A DNA stretch of 64,000 bases from Anaerohalosphaeraceae bacterium (GCA_963675525.2 CAXXSL010000016.1:224001-288000), one strand, 5' to 3'; positions 10,869-22,661 are shown, counted from the stretch's first letter. Made by a program: numbers and translations. The notes: generated by a model from the letters alone, not told the origin.

Positions 10869-13800
10869 TCAGCAAACAGTAACAACAAGTCCTTCCGAAC
10901 TCACATCATAATTAAAAAACCGAGCATTCACATCGCACGGATTATCCGTTAAATCTTTGCGGAGCATTTTGACATCTTCTTCAGACTTACATGCCATTAA
11001 TACAAAGCCGCCACCGCCGGCACCTAATAATTTCGCTCCGTAAACATAAGGTGAAATTCGCTGAAACAGTGACTCGACCTGTTCGTTCGTAGAGTCTGGG
11101 TCAAGTTGCTTGTTAAGCTGCCAACTTCTGCCTAAAAGGCCGCCGAACTGAACATAGTCTTTTGACCCGACGATCTCGCCACCGTCTAATGCCGCCTGAC
11201 GTATCTGCTTCAATGTTCTCATGGCATGACGATCCCGATTCAAGTATCTTCCGACAACCTGCTGGAGAATGTTTTTTGCAAGACGAGTAATGCCTGTGTA
11301 GTATAACAAGGTGCGACCCCCGTTTAATGCCGGATCGATCACGTCCTTGCGAAGATACTGCATCGAAGGGTTGGGAACAAGGCCCGGCTCTGTCAAAATT
11401 AATTTGACTCCTTCAAGTACACCGCCGATCTGATCCTGCCATCCGCCGCCGGTTGTAAGAGTCTGCTCCAGCCTTAAAACGGAATTCGATAATTCTTTAT
11501 TGCCCAACTGCCTGCCCATCGCACAATTGATCGCCGCCACGATGACAGCCCCCATGATGCTGGATGTCCCCAGTCCGCTGCCTTTAGGAATGGCCGCTAA
11601 CGTTGTCAGTTCAATCCCGCCTCCAAACACTTCAAGCATACTCTGAAGTGATTTTTTTTCCAAATCACCAAAACGCTCCCTGGAAAATATTTCCTGCAGA
11701 AATGCGGCTTTGGCTAAAGAAAATCCGCTTGTCACGTCTCGATAATTACTCAGTTCCTCCTGAGTACGAATAACAACCTGTAGACCCAGGTCGATCGAGC
11801 CGATCTTAATGACCGGATCCTGAATGACACGAAGATACGCTTGGATCGGTGGTTGACCATTCAAATTCACCGCCGCATTCAAGACAGCTCCTCCCCATTC
11901 CAACGCATAAGGCGGCGTGTCTGTCCAGCCTCCGGCCATATCCAGTCTGGCAGGGGCTCTTGCCCAGACAATTTCATCCGTCCTTAAACAACTGCGGGGT
12001 TGTAATCCGCCCTGTTCACCTGTTCCAAGGATTGCGCTGCTGTGGAGTTTGAAGGCGGAATTTTTTAATGTGACCGCCCATTCTTGAATGCTTAAGTTAG
12101 CTGATAACGAAATTCCTAAACGGTCAAGCCAATCGAGGCACTCCGGCAAAAGCAGCGTTTCAAGCTCCGACCGAATCAATGTCGTTCGGTCTTCGGACCA
12201 GTCTATGTGTTCGAACGCCGAACCGAGTGAATGCAAAATTCTCGAACTAATAAAGATATCCTCTCGATTCAGCGAGTCTGACTTGGAGCAGGAATAAGCC
12301 GCAAGAATGGCTTCTTGAATAAATGCCAGATTGTTTTTGTCATTTTTAATTATATAAGTTAATTCCAGATCACTCAACGAGCTCTCCGGCCTGAACAGAT
12401 AGGAGACCCTGTCTGTCAAATCGCAGATCCTGTTCGATTGACGTTTTGTCAGAAACACCTCTGCATCCGTTAACAAGGCGATGTCTCGATTGCTGAATCG
12501 CGCACCGGTTTTCCATTGATGAATCTGTGCCTGGCTCGCTTGATTCGGTGTAAACATCCAAAGGAAATCTCGAAATTGTTCCTGTTCTCTAATAAAAGGA
12601 AACAGTTTGGCATTGAATAGATCCCTATGATTTCCTTCAGTAACTTCTTTCCAAATATCGGATTCATCAGCACTGATTGTTTCCAGCCAGTCATGAATCG
12701 AAATGCCGCAGTATTCGGGAGGATCATTGGAGGCCGATTTGAAATCATCGTTGAAACCATAGCACCGAATAAACCACCCCGATTGGCCTTCATAATCTCT
12801 GCCGGGGACAAGATCCAGACATTGCCCCTGTCCAAGCGAAAGCTCTTCGTTAAGATCGATGCCAGTTACAATATTATTTCCTTCGAGTTTCAATACTGCG
12901 TCAATTGTGCATCCCTCGACCCAGGCAGGTGAACCCGTTATTGAACCGGCATCAGAAATAAAATTATTAATACTTAAGCTGTCTGAAATTCTGATTTTCG
13001 GACCATTTTCCTGAACAAGGCGATACCCGCTGTTAATGATTTGCTGAACAGTCCCAAAATCAAGAAAATCGCAGTGCGATAACAGCTTGGCATGAAAGTC
13101 AATACGCCTCGCTTTATCAAATAGTTCTGAAAGTAATGCCTCCGGCCATGTTGAACCGCTGCCCCATGCGGAATCTCGATGCAATTGCTTCGTTGCTTCC
13201 GAACCAAAAACACAACATAATTCCCGGTAAAAATCCAGACCATGGTCGATAACTGCTTCTGCCAAATCGCCTTCAAACACGACCTTGCCTTCGTCGTCAT
13301 ACCGTAAACCAAATACCCTCAGCATTTCAACAGCAACACTCCCATCAAAAGCCATGATTCCAATATCAAGTATCGCCTGATGATAATTATTCAAGGCACG
13401 ATATTCCTTTTGCTGTTGATAGGAAGGTTTCTGTAAGTAAAGTCTCACTTTATGCTCGGGATCTAAACAAAAAACACCATGCCGAGACGCCTGGTCAGGG
13501 CTTGCCGGACAGCAAAAACCCGTCACCGCTCCACGTGTGCATTCCAGCGGATCTGTCTTGAATCTAAGCAAAACATCTCCCGACGTCATAACGAATTGAC
13601 CCGAACGATTCTCTTCCCCGAAAAGCTTTAAATAAAGAGCCAACTGCTTGTCAAACAGCGTTAAAGGAATGGGGCCATCCCATTCCCCTGGAATCGGAAC
13701 AAACAGTTTTCCGCAGGAACCATAGGCGGGAAGTCGTTTACTATCGCCGCCTGCATGAATAATAAGAACTCGTTTGTCTTGAAAAACCTTTTTCCAAAGA

Positions 13801-14039
13801 TTGATGTCGTCTGAAAAGGGTATGGGGCCAAGTTCTTCTCTGAGCACGGCCAATAGACAACATAATGTACTGCCCCCACTGCCGATTCGTTTACCATCGG
13901 TGTCAGGAACAACTAAAACTTTCTTGATCCCGGCGAGGAGACCGAGTTGACGTCGAATTTCAAGCTGTCGACGGTAAATAGTCGCTTGAAATTCATTTGA
14001 CGCTGTTAATATGAGATAGTCACAACCATCAAAGTCCAA
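10869..14039 (-). CDS. fkp: Bifunctional L-fucokinase/GDP-fucose pyrophosphorylase
   Basis: N-terminal IHAGGDSKRLP..GKLF pyrophosphorylase; C-terminal GHMP kinase PARLDMAGGWTDTPP, PKGSGLGTSS, GGGWQDQ, GAGGGG; TTG start. Confidence 0.88.
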   Translation of the reverse strand: MDFDGCDYLILTASNEFQATIYRRQLEIRRQLGLLAGIKKVLVVPDTDGKRIGSGGSTLCCLLAVLREELGPIPFSDDINLWKKVFQDKRVLIIHAGGDSKRLPAYGSCGKLFVPIPGEWDGPIPLTLFDKQLALYLKLFGEENRSGQFVMTSGDVLLRFKTDPLECTRGAVTGFCCPASPDQASRHGVFCLDPEHKVRLYLQKPSYQQQKEYRALNNYHQAILDIGIMAFDGSVAVEMLRVFGLRYDDEGKVVFEGDLAEAVIDHGLDFYRELCCVFGSEATKQLHRDSAWGSGSTWPEALLSELFDKARRIDFHAKLLSHCDFLDFGTVQQIINSGYRLVQENGPKIRISDSLSINNFISDAGSITGSPAWVEGCTIDAVLKLEGNNIVTGIDLNEELSLGQGQCLDLVPGRDYEGQSGWFIRCYGFNDDFKSASNDPPEYCGISIHDWLETISADESDIWKEVTEGNHRDLFNAKLFPFIREQEQFRDFLWMFTPNQASQAQIHQWKTGARFSNRDIALLTDAEVFLTKRQSNRICDLTDRVSYLFRPESSLSDLELTYIIKNDKNNLAFIQEAILAAYSCSKSDSLNREDIFISSRILHSLGSAFEHIDWSEDRTTLIRSELETLLLPECLDWLDRLGISLSANLSIQEWAVTLKNSAFKLHSSAILGTGEQGGLQPRSCLRTDEIVWARAPARLDMAGGWTDTPPYALEWGGAVLNAAVNLNGQPPIQAYLRVIQDPVIKIGSIDLGLQVVIRTQEELSNYRDVTSGFSLAKAAFLQEIFSRERFGDLEKKSLQSMLEVFGGGIELTTLAAIPKGSGLGTSSIMGAVIVAAINCAMGRQLGNKELSNSVLRLEQTLTTGGGWQDQIGGVLEGVKLILTEPGLVPNPSMQYLRKDVIDPALNGGRTLLYYTGITRLAKNILQQVVGRYLNRDRHAMRTLKQIRQAALDGGEIVGSKDYVQFGGLLGRSWQLNKQLDPDSTNEQVESLFQRISPYVYGAKLLGAGGGGFVLMACKSEEDVKMLRKDLTDNPCDVNARFFNYDVSSEGLVVTVC

Positions 14040-14087
14040 AGTTACCGATTCCTTATATAATCACAATGAGGATCAATGAATACTCTT

Positions 14088-15092
14088 TTATCCGATGTTA
14101 TCGGTGATCAATTTTTCTTTCTCAGCAAGCTTCATGTCAGCATCGGTCATCATCCGTGCCAGTTCCTTAAAACCAACCTTCGGCTGCCAGTTTAATTGCT
14201 TTTTCGCTTTACCCGCATCCCCCAACAGCAATTCCACTTCGGTCGGGCGATAATATCGTGGATCGATTTCCACGTGTTTTTGCCAGTCCAGATCCAGATG
14301 GCCAAACACTTCATCCAGAAATTCCCGTACCGAATACGTTTCGCCGGTCGCCACCACATAGTCATCCGGTTGATCAGCCTGAAGCATCAGCCACATCGCC
14401 TCCACATAATCACCTGCAAAACCCCAGTCACGCTTGGCATCCAGATTCCCCAAAAACAATTTGTCCTGCAAGCCCAACTTGATCCGCGTCGCGGCCCGTG
14501 TGATCTTGCGGGTTACGAACGTCTCACCTCGCCGTGGCGATTCGTGATTAAACAAAATCCCATTGCAGGCAAAAATATTATAGGCTTCACGATAATTGAC
14601 CGTCTGCCAGAAGCTATAAACCTTGGCACACCCGTATGGGCTCCGCGGATAAAATGGTGTTTCTTCTGTTTGAGGGGCCTCGGCAACTTTGCCATACATT
14701 TCACTGCTCGAGGCCTGATAAAACTTTGCTGGCTTTTTCATCATCCGTATCGCTTCCAGGAGTCTCAACGTCCCTAAAGCATCAGTATTAACCGTATAAA
14801 CCGGCTGGTCGAAACTGACACGAACATGGCTTTGTGCGCCAAGATTATACACCTCATCCGGCTGAACATCACTAAGGATTGTCGAGAGATTACCGCCGTC
14901 GGTCAAGTCACCATAGATAAGTTTCAATGGCGGCTGCTTATGCGGATCCTGGTACAAATGATTGATCCGTTCAGTGCCAAATGTCGAACTACGACGGATA
15001 ATCCCATAAACCTCATAACCTTTGTTCAACAGCAACTCAGTCAAATAAGAACCATCCTGACCGGTAATTCCTGTAATTAATGCTTTTTTCAT
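14088..15092 (-). CDS. gmd: GDP-mannose 4,6-dehydratase
   Basis: [33 protein letters not shown]. Confidence 0.97.
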   Translation of the reverse strand: MKKALITGITGQDGSYLTELLLNKGYEVYGIIRRSSTFGTERINHLYQDPHKQPPLKLIYGDLTDGGNLSTILSDVQPDEVYNLGAQSHVRVSFDQPVYTVNTDALGTLRLLEAIRMMKKPAKFYQASSSEMYGKVAEAPQTEETPFYPRSPYGCAKVYSFWQTVNYREAYNIFACNGILFNHESPRRGETFVTRKITRAATRIKLGLQDKLFLGNLDAKRDWGFAGDYVEAMWLMLQADQPDDYVVATGETYSVREFLDEVFGHLDLDWQKHVEIDPRYYRPTEVELLLGDAGKAKKQLNWQPKVGFKELARMMTDADMKLAEKEKLITDNIG

Positions 15093-15132
15093 TAAAATTC
15101 CTCACACATAGACGTTAATCATCTGTCAGTAA

Positions 15133-16188
15133 TCAACTGACACAATAGAATTCTTTATACCAGGCAATGAAACGATTGACACCCTCTTTGATCGGTGTAT
15201 TCGGCTGATAACTCATATCTTCCACCAGATCGCTGACATCTGCCCAGGTTGCAGGCACATCACCTGGCTGGATCGGCAGCAGATTCTTTTGAGCCTTTTT
15301 CCCTAACGCTTTCTCGATCGCCTCGATAAAATCCATGAGTTTAACAGGGGAACTGTTCCCGATGTTATAAACTTGATAGGGCGATTTCGAACAGGATGGG
15401 TCAGGATTCTGACCCGCCCAATCCGGATTCCCCTGCGGGATATGATCGATCACGCGAACAACGCCTTCTACGATGTCATCAATATACGTAAAATCTCGTT
15501 GCATTTGGCCATAGTTAAAAACATCGATCGGCTTGTCTTCCAGAATCGCTTTGGTAAATAAAAATAATGCCATATCCGGCCGGCCCCACGGACCGTAAAC
15601 GGTAAAGAACCGCAATCCCGTCGTCGGTAAACCAAACAAATGGCTGTATGTATGAGCCATCAACTCATTTGATTTTTTACTGACCGCATACAGACTAACC
15701 GGATGGTCCACGTTGTCACGCGTCGAAAACGGCATCGACTCATTCAAGCCATAAACACTGGAACTGCTCGCATACGCCAGATGCTGAATAGAGTGATGTC
15801 GGCAGGCTTCCAGAATATTGATAAATCCCACAATATTCGAGTGAATGTAGGCATCAGGATTAATTAAACTGTAACGAACGCCGGCCTGCGCCGCCAGGTT
15901 ACAGACTTTATCAAATCGCTGCGCCGCAAACAACGCATCCATGTTCGGCTTGTCTTCCAGATTAAGCTGAATAAATTGATAATTTTCGTGTTTGCTGCTG
16001 GCGACAAGTTTATTGTATTCAACCGCTTCCTTAGTGATTCCTGTTTCACTCAGGCGGGCATACTTGACACCCGTGTCGTAATAATCATTAATATTGTCCA
16101 ACCCCACAATCTCATCGCCGCGAGCGATCAACCGCTGCGCCAAGTGAAATCCGATAAATCCCGCCGTTCCGGTCACTAATATTCTCAA
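15133..16188 (-). CDS. UDP-glucuronate 4-epimerase
   Basis: [34 protein letters not shown] start. Confidence 0.9.
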   Translation of the reverse strand: MRILVTGTAGFIGFHLAQRLIARGDEIVGLDNINDYYDTGVKYARLSETGITKEAVEYNKLVASSKHENYQFIQLNLEDKPNMDALFAAQRFDKVCNLAAQAGVRYSLINPDAYIHSNIVGFINILEACRHHSIQHLAYASSSSVYGLNESMPFSTRDNVDHPVSLYAVSKKSNELMAHTYSHLFGLPTTGLRFFTVYGPWGRPDMALFLFTKAILEDKPIDVFNYGQMQRDFTYIDDIVEGVVRVIDHIPQGNPDWAGQNPDPSCSKSPYQVYNIGNSSPVKLMDFIEAIEKALGKKAQKNLLPIQPGDVPATWADVSDLVEDMSYQPNTPIKEGVNRFIAWYKEFYCVS

Positions 16189-16198
16189 AGAAGATCTC

Positions 16199-17071
16199 CT
16201 AATCCTCTAAAGTCTTTGCTAAATCTCGAATATACCGCTTCATGTTCTCTGCCATGTCCTTATCTTTGAGTGAAAACTCAAGATTCGTTCGGATAAACCC
16301 CTCCTTGTTCCCGATATCACACCGCCGTCCGTTAAGTTTTCGCCCATACATGCGGCGTTTTTGAACCATAATGCGCATCGCATCGGTAATTTGAATCTCT
16401 CCGCCTTTGCCCGGAGTCGTCTGCTCAAGATGCTCAAAAATGTCCGGCGTAAAAATATACCGGCTGGCGATGACCAGGTTCGACGGTGCTTCTTCAACCG
16501 AAGGTTTCTCAACAAAATCACGAACGCGAAACAGTCCCACCTCTTCTTCATACCCATCGACCACACCATAGCGGCTCACTTTTGAACGGTCCACTTCCTC
16601 CAGCAAAACCACCGGATTATTCACTTTTTCAAACACCTCAAGTAATTGCCCGACCGCCGGAACCAATGCATCAATGACCGTATCTCCCAGCAACACCGCA
16701 AACGGCTCATCGTTGATATGATGCCGGGCGCAATAAATCGCATCCCCCAGTCCCTTCATCTCTTTTTGCCAGACAAAATGAATATCCGCCATTTCCGAAA
16801 TATGCCGAACACCGTCTAATTCAGCCAAACGCCCTTTCGACTCCAACTGAGCTTCCAGTTGAAAACTGCGGTCGAAATGTTCTTCGATGGCTCGTTTGCC
16901 CTTGCCGATCACCATCAAGATATCCGTAATTCCGGCCGCCACCGCTTCTTCGACCACATATTGGATCACCGGCGTATCAACGATCGGCAGCATCTCTTTG
17001 GGCTGTGATTTTGTGGCCGGCAGAAATCGGGTTCCAAATCCCGCCGCAGGAATAACCGCTTTTCGAATCAT
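16199..17071 (-). CDS. galU: UTP-glucose-1-phosphate uridylyltransferase
   Basis: [41 protein letters not shown]. Confidence 0.95.
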   Translation of the reverse strand: MIRKAVIPAAGFGTRFLPATKSQPKEMLPIVDTPVIQYVVEEAVAAGITDILMVIGKGKRAIEEHFDRSFQLEAQLESKGRLAELDGVRHISEMADIHFVWQKEMKGLGDAIYCARHHINDEPFAVLLGDTVIDALVPAVGQLLEVFEKVNNPVVLLEEVDRSKVSRYGVVDGYEEEVGLFRVRDFVEKPSVEEAPSNLVIASRYIFTPDIFEHLEQTTPGKGGEIQITDAMRIMVQKRRMYGRKLNGRRCDIGNKEGFIRTNLEFSLKDKDMAENMKRYIRDLAKTLED

Positions 17072-17073
17072 CG

Positions 17074-18093
17074 TTATACGTTTTCCTTTTGATTCGTTGG
17101 CACAATTTTCGGTTTGATAACACGTATCCCTGTCCGTGAAAAAGCTTTCTTCAGCTTAGCATACATCGTTTCATCTCGATATATCCCCACAATCGCACCG
17201 CCGGAACCGGTAAATTTCGAACAGGATCCGACCGACCGGGCCGTCTCTATCATTCGGAGATTATCGTCGCCGATTTTGTAGATGCTCCGCCGCCGGTCGA
17301 AATTCGCATTGATGAATTCATGCATGGACTTCAAATCCTGTTCACAAAGCGCCTTTTTAAATCGGTCCGTCAGCCGTGCCCAAAAACGCATCGCACTGTG
17401 CACCTTATTCTCGCCCTGTTCAAACCGAACACGAATATCGTTATGAAAAACCTCGGTCGGCTCACTAAAGTCATCGCGATAGGCAATATACAGTTTTGGC
17501 AACAGCTTAACATCCATCGGTTCATAAATCCCATGGCCCTGCTTTTTCAAAACCGCTTCATTAAAATCCATGTAAACCAGTCCTTCATAGACCTGGATGA
17601 CGCGATCCTGCAATCCCGCTGAAATCCCTAACTCGTCCTTTTCCGCCGACAAAATCAGTCCCGCCTGAACGGGCTTCGGAATCGCCACTCCATAAAAAGT
17701 CATCAACGCTCGTATGCACGCGGTAATAATCGCACTGGAGCCTCCAAGCCCCACGCTGTGAGGAATATTTGAATGGTAACGTATCGTAAAGTTTTTATCA
17801 TGGAGCTGGATTTGATTCTCTGTACAATAGTCAAAAAATCGCTTAACGGTCGCTTTCAGCAAACGGATACCACCGTAATAACCGTGAAGTTTGACATCAC
17901 GAACAAGACTGTAGATCGTCTCAAAACAGGATTGATCCTTTTCGCTGGCAAGAATTTCCAACTCAGGGCTTTCATACAGAACCACTTCCGCCGAAAAATT
18001 GCTGAACGCAAAGGAAATCGTTTTGCCGAAATATCCGTCTGAAGGATTCCCAATCAAACCGACACGTGGATAAGCTTTAGTTCGAATGATCAT
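17074..18093 (-). CDS. GHMP kinase, glucuronokinase-like
   Basis: RVGLIGNPSDGYFGKTIS, IPHSVGLGGSSA, AGLQDRVIQVYEGLVYMDF and KFTGSGGA resemble plant glucuronokinase; start moved to MIIRTK (18093). Confidence 0.8.
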   Translation of the reverse strand: MIIRTKAYPRVGLIGNPSDGYFGKTISFAFSNFSAEVVLYESPELEILASEKDQSCFETIYSLVRDVKLHGYYGGIRLLKATVKRFFDYCTENQIQLHDKNFTIRYHSNIPHSVGLGGSSAIITACIRALMTFYGVAIPKPVQAGLILSAEKDELGISAGLQDRVIQVYEGLVYMDFNEAVLKKQGHGIYEPMDVKLLPKLYIAYRDDFSEPTEVFHNDIRVRFEQGENKVHSAMRFWARLTDRFKKALCEQDLKSMHEFINANFDRRRSIYKIGDDNLRMIETARSVGSCSKFTGSGGAIVGIYRDETMYAKLKKAFSRTGIRVIKPKIVPTNQKENV

Positions 18094-18109
18094 GCCATTG
18101 TCGCGTAAA

Positions 18110-19399
18110 TTACGCTCTCCCGATACTGTGATATTCAAGGCCCTGTTTTTTAACAAAGGCAGGGCTGTAAAGATTCCTGCCGTCAAAGAGTACCGGAGAT
18201 TTCAAACGCTTGGCGATCAAATCGAAGTCCGGCGTACGGAATTCCTGCCAATCGGTAAAGATCACCAGTGCATCAGCGCCGGCCAGTACATCATAGGCAT
18301 TCCCAACCCGGGTGATTTTTTTCTCAAACTCGGGGCACTCCGCTTCCGGATCATACGCCGTGATCTCGACACCCGCTTTTAGCAATTTATTCATGCAGTA
18401 AATCGCCGGAGATTCCCGTGTATCATCTGTCCGCGCTTTAAACGTCATCCCCCAAACACCCACCTTAATGTTCTGACGGCCTTCGAAATAATTGAGTATC
18501 TTTTGTGCAAATCGATCCTGCTGAACAAAATTGGCCTGCTGGACGGATTCGGCAATGCTCATTTGAATACCCTTTTCACGCCCCATATAGATCAGGGCAC
18601 GTACATCTTTGGGAAAACAACTGCCGCCATAACCTACTCCGGCAAATAAAAATGCGTTCCCAATCCGGGAATCACTTCCCATGCCGGAACGCACGCTTTC
18701 AATATCCGCCCCGTATTCATCACACAGGGTACTAAGTTCGTTCATAAAAGAAATGCGGGTTGCCAGCATCGTATTGGCCGCGTATTTGGCCATTTCGGCG
18801 CTGGCCGGGTCCATAAATAAAATCCGGCTGCTTTTTCGCATAAACGGAGCATACAAAACTTTCATCAACTCCATCACGGCCGGGTTGGTGGTACCGATGA
18901 TAACACGGTCCGGCTTCATGAAATCCTCAACCGCCGATCCTTCTTTCAAAAATTCCGGATTGCTGACATAATCAAACGCAATCTCCGTCTTGGAAGTTAC
19001 CATCTCATTGACGAGTTTGTGCGTCCCCACCGGAACCGTGCTCTTGGTCACAAGAATCCGATACTCAGTCATCACCCCGGCAACCGCCTCGGCCACCGAA
19101 AGAACCGCCGAAATGTCCGCCGATCCATCGGGAGCACTGGGGGTCCCCACGCCAATAAAAATAAGCAGGGACTCATCAACGCCCTGCTTTAAATCTGTAG
19201 TAAATATCAGTCGGCCGGCTTCTATATTTCGCTGAACAATTTCAGTCAACCCCGGTTCATAGATAGGAATGACTCCATTTTTGAGATCCCCTATCTTTTT
19301 TTCGTCGTTATCCACACAAATAACGTGGTTGCCGCCCTCAGCAAAGCACGACGCCGCAACAAGACCAACATAACCAATCCCAACGACTGATACCCTCAT
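18110..19399 (-). CDS. ugd: UDP-glucose 6-dehydrogenase
   Basis: GIGYVG, KSTVPVGT, SNPEFLKEG, GYGGSCFPKD. Confidence 0.95.
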   Translation of the reverse strand: MRVSVVGIGYVGLVAASCFAEGGNHVICVDNDEKKIGDLKNGVIPIYEPGLTEIVQRNIEAGRLIFTTDLKQGVDESLLIFIGVGTPSAPDGSADISAVLSVAEAVAGVMTEYRILVTKSTVPVGTHKLVNEMVTSKTEIAFDYVSNPEFLKEGSAVEDFMKPDRVIIGTTNPAVMELMKVLYAPFMRKSSRILFMDPASAEMAKYAANTMLATRISFMNELSTLCDEYGADIESVRSGMGSDSRIGNAFLFAGVGYGGSCFPKDVRALIYMGREKGIQMSIAESVQQANFVQQDRFAQKILNYFEGRQNIKVGVWGMTFKARTDDTRESPAIYCMNKLLKAGVEITAYDPEAECPEFEKKITRVGNAYDVLAGADALVIFTDWQEFRTPDFDLIAKRLKSPVLFDGRNLYSPAFVKKQGLEYHSIGRA

Positions 19400-19740
19400 T
19401 TACTAACTCCTTTTAATACAAGTGCTTAAGAAAAATTACAGCATCGGGTTTTTCAAAAAGTTCACACTCCGTGCCCGTCGGTTACACAAAAATGTGCGTC
19501 CGGATACCTATAACTCTATTAATGAAAAAGAGTTATGTCAACAAAAACGGAAGAGACACGGCCCTCCGTCGCTTAAATTTTAAAAACCTGCCTGAGTCGT
19601 AAAAAAGGCAAGACAATATCCATATCGGCTATTCATTAAGTATGTATTAATAAGAGTTTATAAATAAAACATCGCAGAAGAAGGTCCCATATTATACGAG
19701 GGAAACGAAAATAATGTTCTTAGCGGTTAAATCCATATTC

Positions 19741-20541
19741 TTATCCGCTATAGCTACAATAAGTACGGTCATTTTCCCAAACCGTAATTTCCACAAGTTT
19801 ACTTTCTTTGAACTTCCCCGCCAGCTTTTTCCATGCAAAATAGGCAAGATTTTCAACCGTCGGATTCAGGCTTTCAAAACCTTCGACATCAACATTTAAG
19901 TTCTTATGATCGACCAACTTAAGAAAATTCTCTTCAACCACATTTTCAAACTCACAAATCCCGCCGTCATCGTTCGAAGCAACGCTCCGGCTGACACTGA
20001 CTTCCAGGATATAATTATGGCCATGACCGGCCGGATTGGCACACTTGCCGAAAAGCTCAAAATTCTTTTTTTTGTCAAAACACTCATTCCAGAGCTGATG
20101 CATCGCTGCAAATTCAAATTTTTCGCTGAATGTAAACATCTCAGCTTCCTCCGATTGAATAGAAATACGTCGAAATGGATTCAATTCCAATTGCAGCCGT
20201 ACCAATTGCTGCGTTTCAAATGACTGATTAATGTCTTTAAAACAGGACTTCAAAACCGCAACCAAATTCGTCACGGACATCGGCCGCCCCTGCTTGATAG
20301 AACTCGAGATCGAATCGTTAAAAATCGGAAAGGCTTTCTGACGAACAACCTTGTCGATCTCAGAAACGTTAACCACAAAACCCGTCTCCGGGTCCAGCGC
20401 GCTTTCCAGGTCAACCCATAAAGAAAAATAAAAGCACAAACCTTCACCGCACGGCTTGGAGGCATACGAATTAAACCCTAACGCCTGTTCGCTTGAAAAA
20501 GGCTCAACTGAAAAGCGTATCTGCCGGCTCAACGTATGCAT
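19741..20541 (-). CDS. Tandem-domain 6-pyruvoyl-tetrahydropterin synthase
   Basis: Second T-fold domain has GKCANPAGHGHNY, DHKNLN and PTVEN; first domain is degenerate (DPETGFVVN); downstream of folE. Confidence 0.85.
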   Translation of the reverse strand: MHTLSRQIRFSVEPFSSEQALGFNSYASKPCGEGLCFYFSLWVDLESALDPETGFVVNVSEIDKVVRQKAFPIFNDSISSSIKQGRPMSVTNLVAVLKSCFKDINQSFETQQLVRLQLELNPFRRISIQSEEAEMFTFSEKFEFAAMHQLWNECFDKKKNFELFGKCANPAGHGHNYILEVSVSRSVASNDDGGICEFENVVEENFLKLVDHKNLNVDVEGFESLNPTVENLAYFAWKKLAGKFKESKLVEITVWENDRTYCSYSG

Positions 20542-20550
20542 GATATAGGG

Positions 20551-21123
20551 TTACTTTCTGTCCACATGCATCAGCGTCAACACTTCAGCCCGGCTTCGCG
20601 AGTCTTTCTTGAAGATCCCTCGCAACGCACTGGTCACCATCATCGCCCCGGGCTTTTTGATCCCGCGAATCGTCATACAACTGTGTGAGGCTTCCAGAAC
20701 CACCGAAACCCCCTTGGGCATGAGATTGGACATCAGGAAATCGGCGATCTGATCGGTCAGGCGTTCCTGAACCTGAAGCCTGCGGGAAAATGCATCCACG
20801 ATCCGCGCCAGCTTGCTGACCCCCAGCACCTTCCCATCCGGCAAATAAGCAATATGCGCCTTACCGATGAACGGCATCAAATGATGCTCACACACACTAT
20901 AAAACGGAATTTCCCGCAGCAGTACGATTTCATCGTATTTTTCATGAAAAATACTATTAAGATGTTCCGACGGCTCGTGTCGCATCCCCTCCAGCAGTTC
21001 GGCATACATCCGCGATACCCGTGCCGGCGTATCTTTCAATCCCTCACGATTTGGATTTTCGCCCACCGCCTCAAGGATTTCCAAAACGGCTTTTTCGATT
21101 CTTTCCAGATTTACTTCTTTCAT
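20551..21123 (-). CDS. folE: GTP cyclohydrolase I
   Basis: [41 protein letters not shown]. Confidence 0.96.
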   Translation of the reverse strand: MKEVNLERIEKAVLEILEAVGENPNREGLKDTPARVSRMYAELLEGMRHEPSEHLNSIFHEKYDEIVLLREIPFYSVCEHHLMPFIGKAHIAYLPDGKVLGVSKLARIVDAFSRRLQVQERLTDQIADFLMSNLMPKGVSVVLEASHSCMTIRGIKKPGAMMVTSALRGIFKKDSRSRAEVLTLMHVDRK

Positions 21124-21165
21124 GAGCTATCCTGCCATTGAATTCATCGTACTTTGAAACGAAGC

Positions 21166-21194
21166 AGTATACCCACAAACCCCCACAAAAGCAA
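21166..21194 (-). promoter_or_regulatory. Sigma70-like promoter for folE
   Basis: TTGCTT-N17-TATACT on the minus strand, ~40 bp upstream of the ATG. Confidence 0.55.
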
Positions 21195-21357
21195 GAATAA
21201 CACCCCGCCGCAGACATTCAAAGTGGTCTCGTTTTATCCTGAAACAATCTCCTCCTTTATCCCGACCGAATAAAACGGCTCACAGCCTGAGATCTTTATT
21301 TTATTTCCTGTCTTTTCCGGTTATACTGAGACATCGAATTCAATTCTTGGAGAAAAA

Positions 21358-22566
21358 ATGCTCAAAATAACGAAAAAAAACAACCTTTGGATCACAATGT
21401 TACTTCTCCTGCCGCTCTTATCCCTCTGTCCATGTTCTTGCCGGGCCAACAGCACAAACTACGAAATTGACCCCGCCCCCTTTTACAGCAGCATGCACCA
21501 TTGGTATGACATCTACGACAAATCAAACATCATTGACCCAAAACCCGACCAGCCCCGCTACAGCACCTCACAAATAACCGAGATCGCCGACAATATTCTC
21601 ATCTACCAGAAAGACAACGGCGGCTGGCCCAAAAATTACGATATGCAGGCCATCCTGACCGACGAACAAAAAGACCTGCTCATCAAGGCCAAAAGCAAGC
21701 TGGATACAACCTTCGACAACAGCACCACCTATTCGCACATCGAATGCCTGGCAAAAGTCTATGAAGCAACCGGCATCGAAAAATATAAAACCGCCTGCCT
21801 AAAAGGAATCGATTTTACACTCGCCGCCCAATACCCCAGCGGCGGATGGCCTCAGTATTTCCCCCTGCAGGAAAATTACAGCCGGCACATCACATTCAAC
21901 GACGATGCGATGGTGGGCATCATGCAGATGCTCAAGGACATGACAGATAATAAGTCGCATTACACCTTCCTCGATGCCCAGGTCCGCCAAAAAGTCACCG
22001 ACGCCTACCAAAAGGGACTCGACTGCATCCTCAAATGCCAGATTAAGGACAATGGAAAATTAACCGCCTGGTGTCAGCAGCATGACGCAACGGATCTCAG
22101 TCCCGCCAAGGCAAGGGCCTATGAACTGCCCAGTATCTGTAACCGAGAAAGTGCAAGTATCGTTCTGTTCTTAATGAGCCTCGACAACCCCAGCAAAGAG
22201 GTGATTAATTCCATAGAAAGCGCCGTCCAATGGTTCGAGGACTCGAAGATTACCGGCATCCGGATTGAGTATTTCGAAACCCCTCCGTTCAAAACCCCCC
22301 TGAGAATATTAACAACCGACGTACGCGTTGTCGAAGATCCGACGGCCTCGCCGATATGGGCGCGTTTTTACGAACTCAAAACACACCGCCCGCTCTTTAG
22401 CAACCGGCAAAGCGACGTCTTCTATTCCCTCGCAGAAGTCGACAGGGAACGCCGCGCCTACGGTTGGTATACCGACCTGCCGAAAACAGTCATGATGCAA
22501 TACCCCAAATGGCAAAAAAAATGGGCTCCCGATCAAAATCTTGTTAAGCAGTTGATGACGCCCTGA
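21358..22566 (+). CDS. pelA: Pectate lyase, PL10 (PelA) family
   Basis: GGWPKN, TFDN, GGWPQ, ITFNDDAM, WCQQH, ARAYE and WARFYE motifs; signal peptide. Confidence 0.9.
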   Translation: MLKITKKNNLWITMLLLLPLLSLCPCSCRANSTNYEIDPAPFYSSMHHWYDIYDKSNIIDPKPDQPRYSTSQITEIADNILIYQKDNGGWPKNYDMQAILTDEQKDLLIKAKSKLDTTFDNSTTYSHIECLAKVYEATGIEKYKTACLKGIDFTLAAQYPSGGWPQYFPLQENYSRHITFNDDAMVGIMQMLKDMTDNKSHYTFLDAQVRQKVTDAYQKGLDCILKCQIKDNGKLTAWCQQHDATDLSPAKARAYELPSICNRESASIVLFLMSLDNPSKEVINSIESAVQWFEDSKITGIRIEYFETPPFKTPLRILTTDVRVVEDPTASPIWARFYELKTHRPLFSNRQSDVFYSLAEVDRERRAYGWYTDLPKTVMMQYPKWQKKWAPDQNLVKQLMTP

Positions 22567-22661
22567 TAAACAGGAAATTGCAATACGAAAGACTTGGGTA
22601 TCAGATGAATTTATGAACAAAGACCCCGACTGATAAAATCTAACTAATAAAAGGAAAAGAT

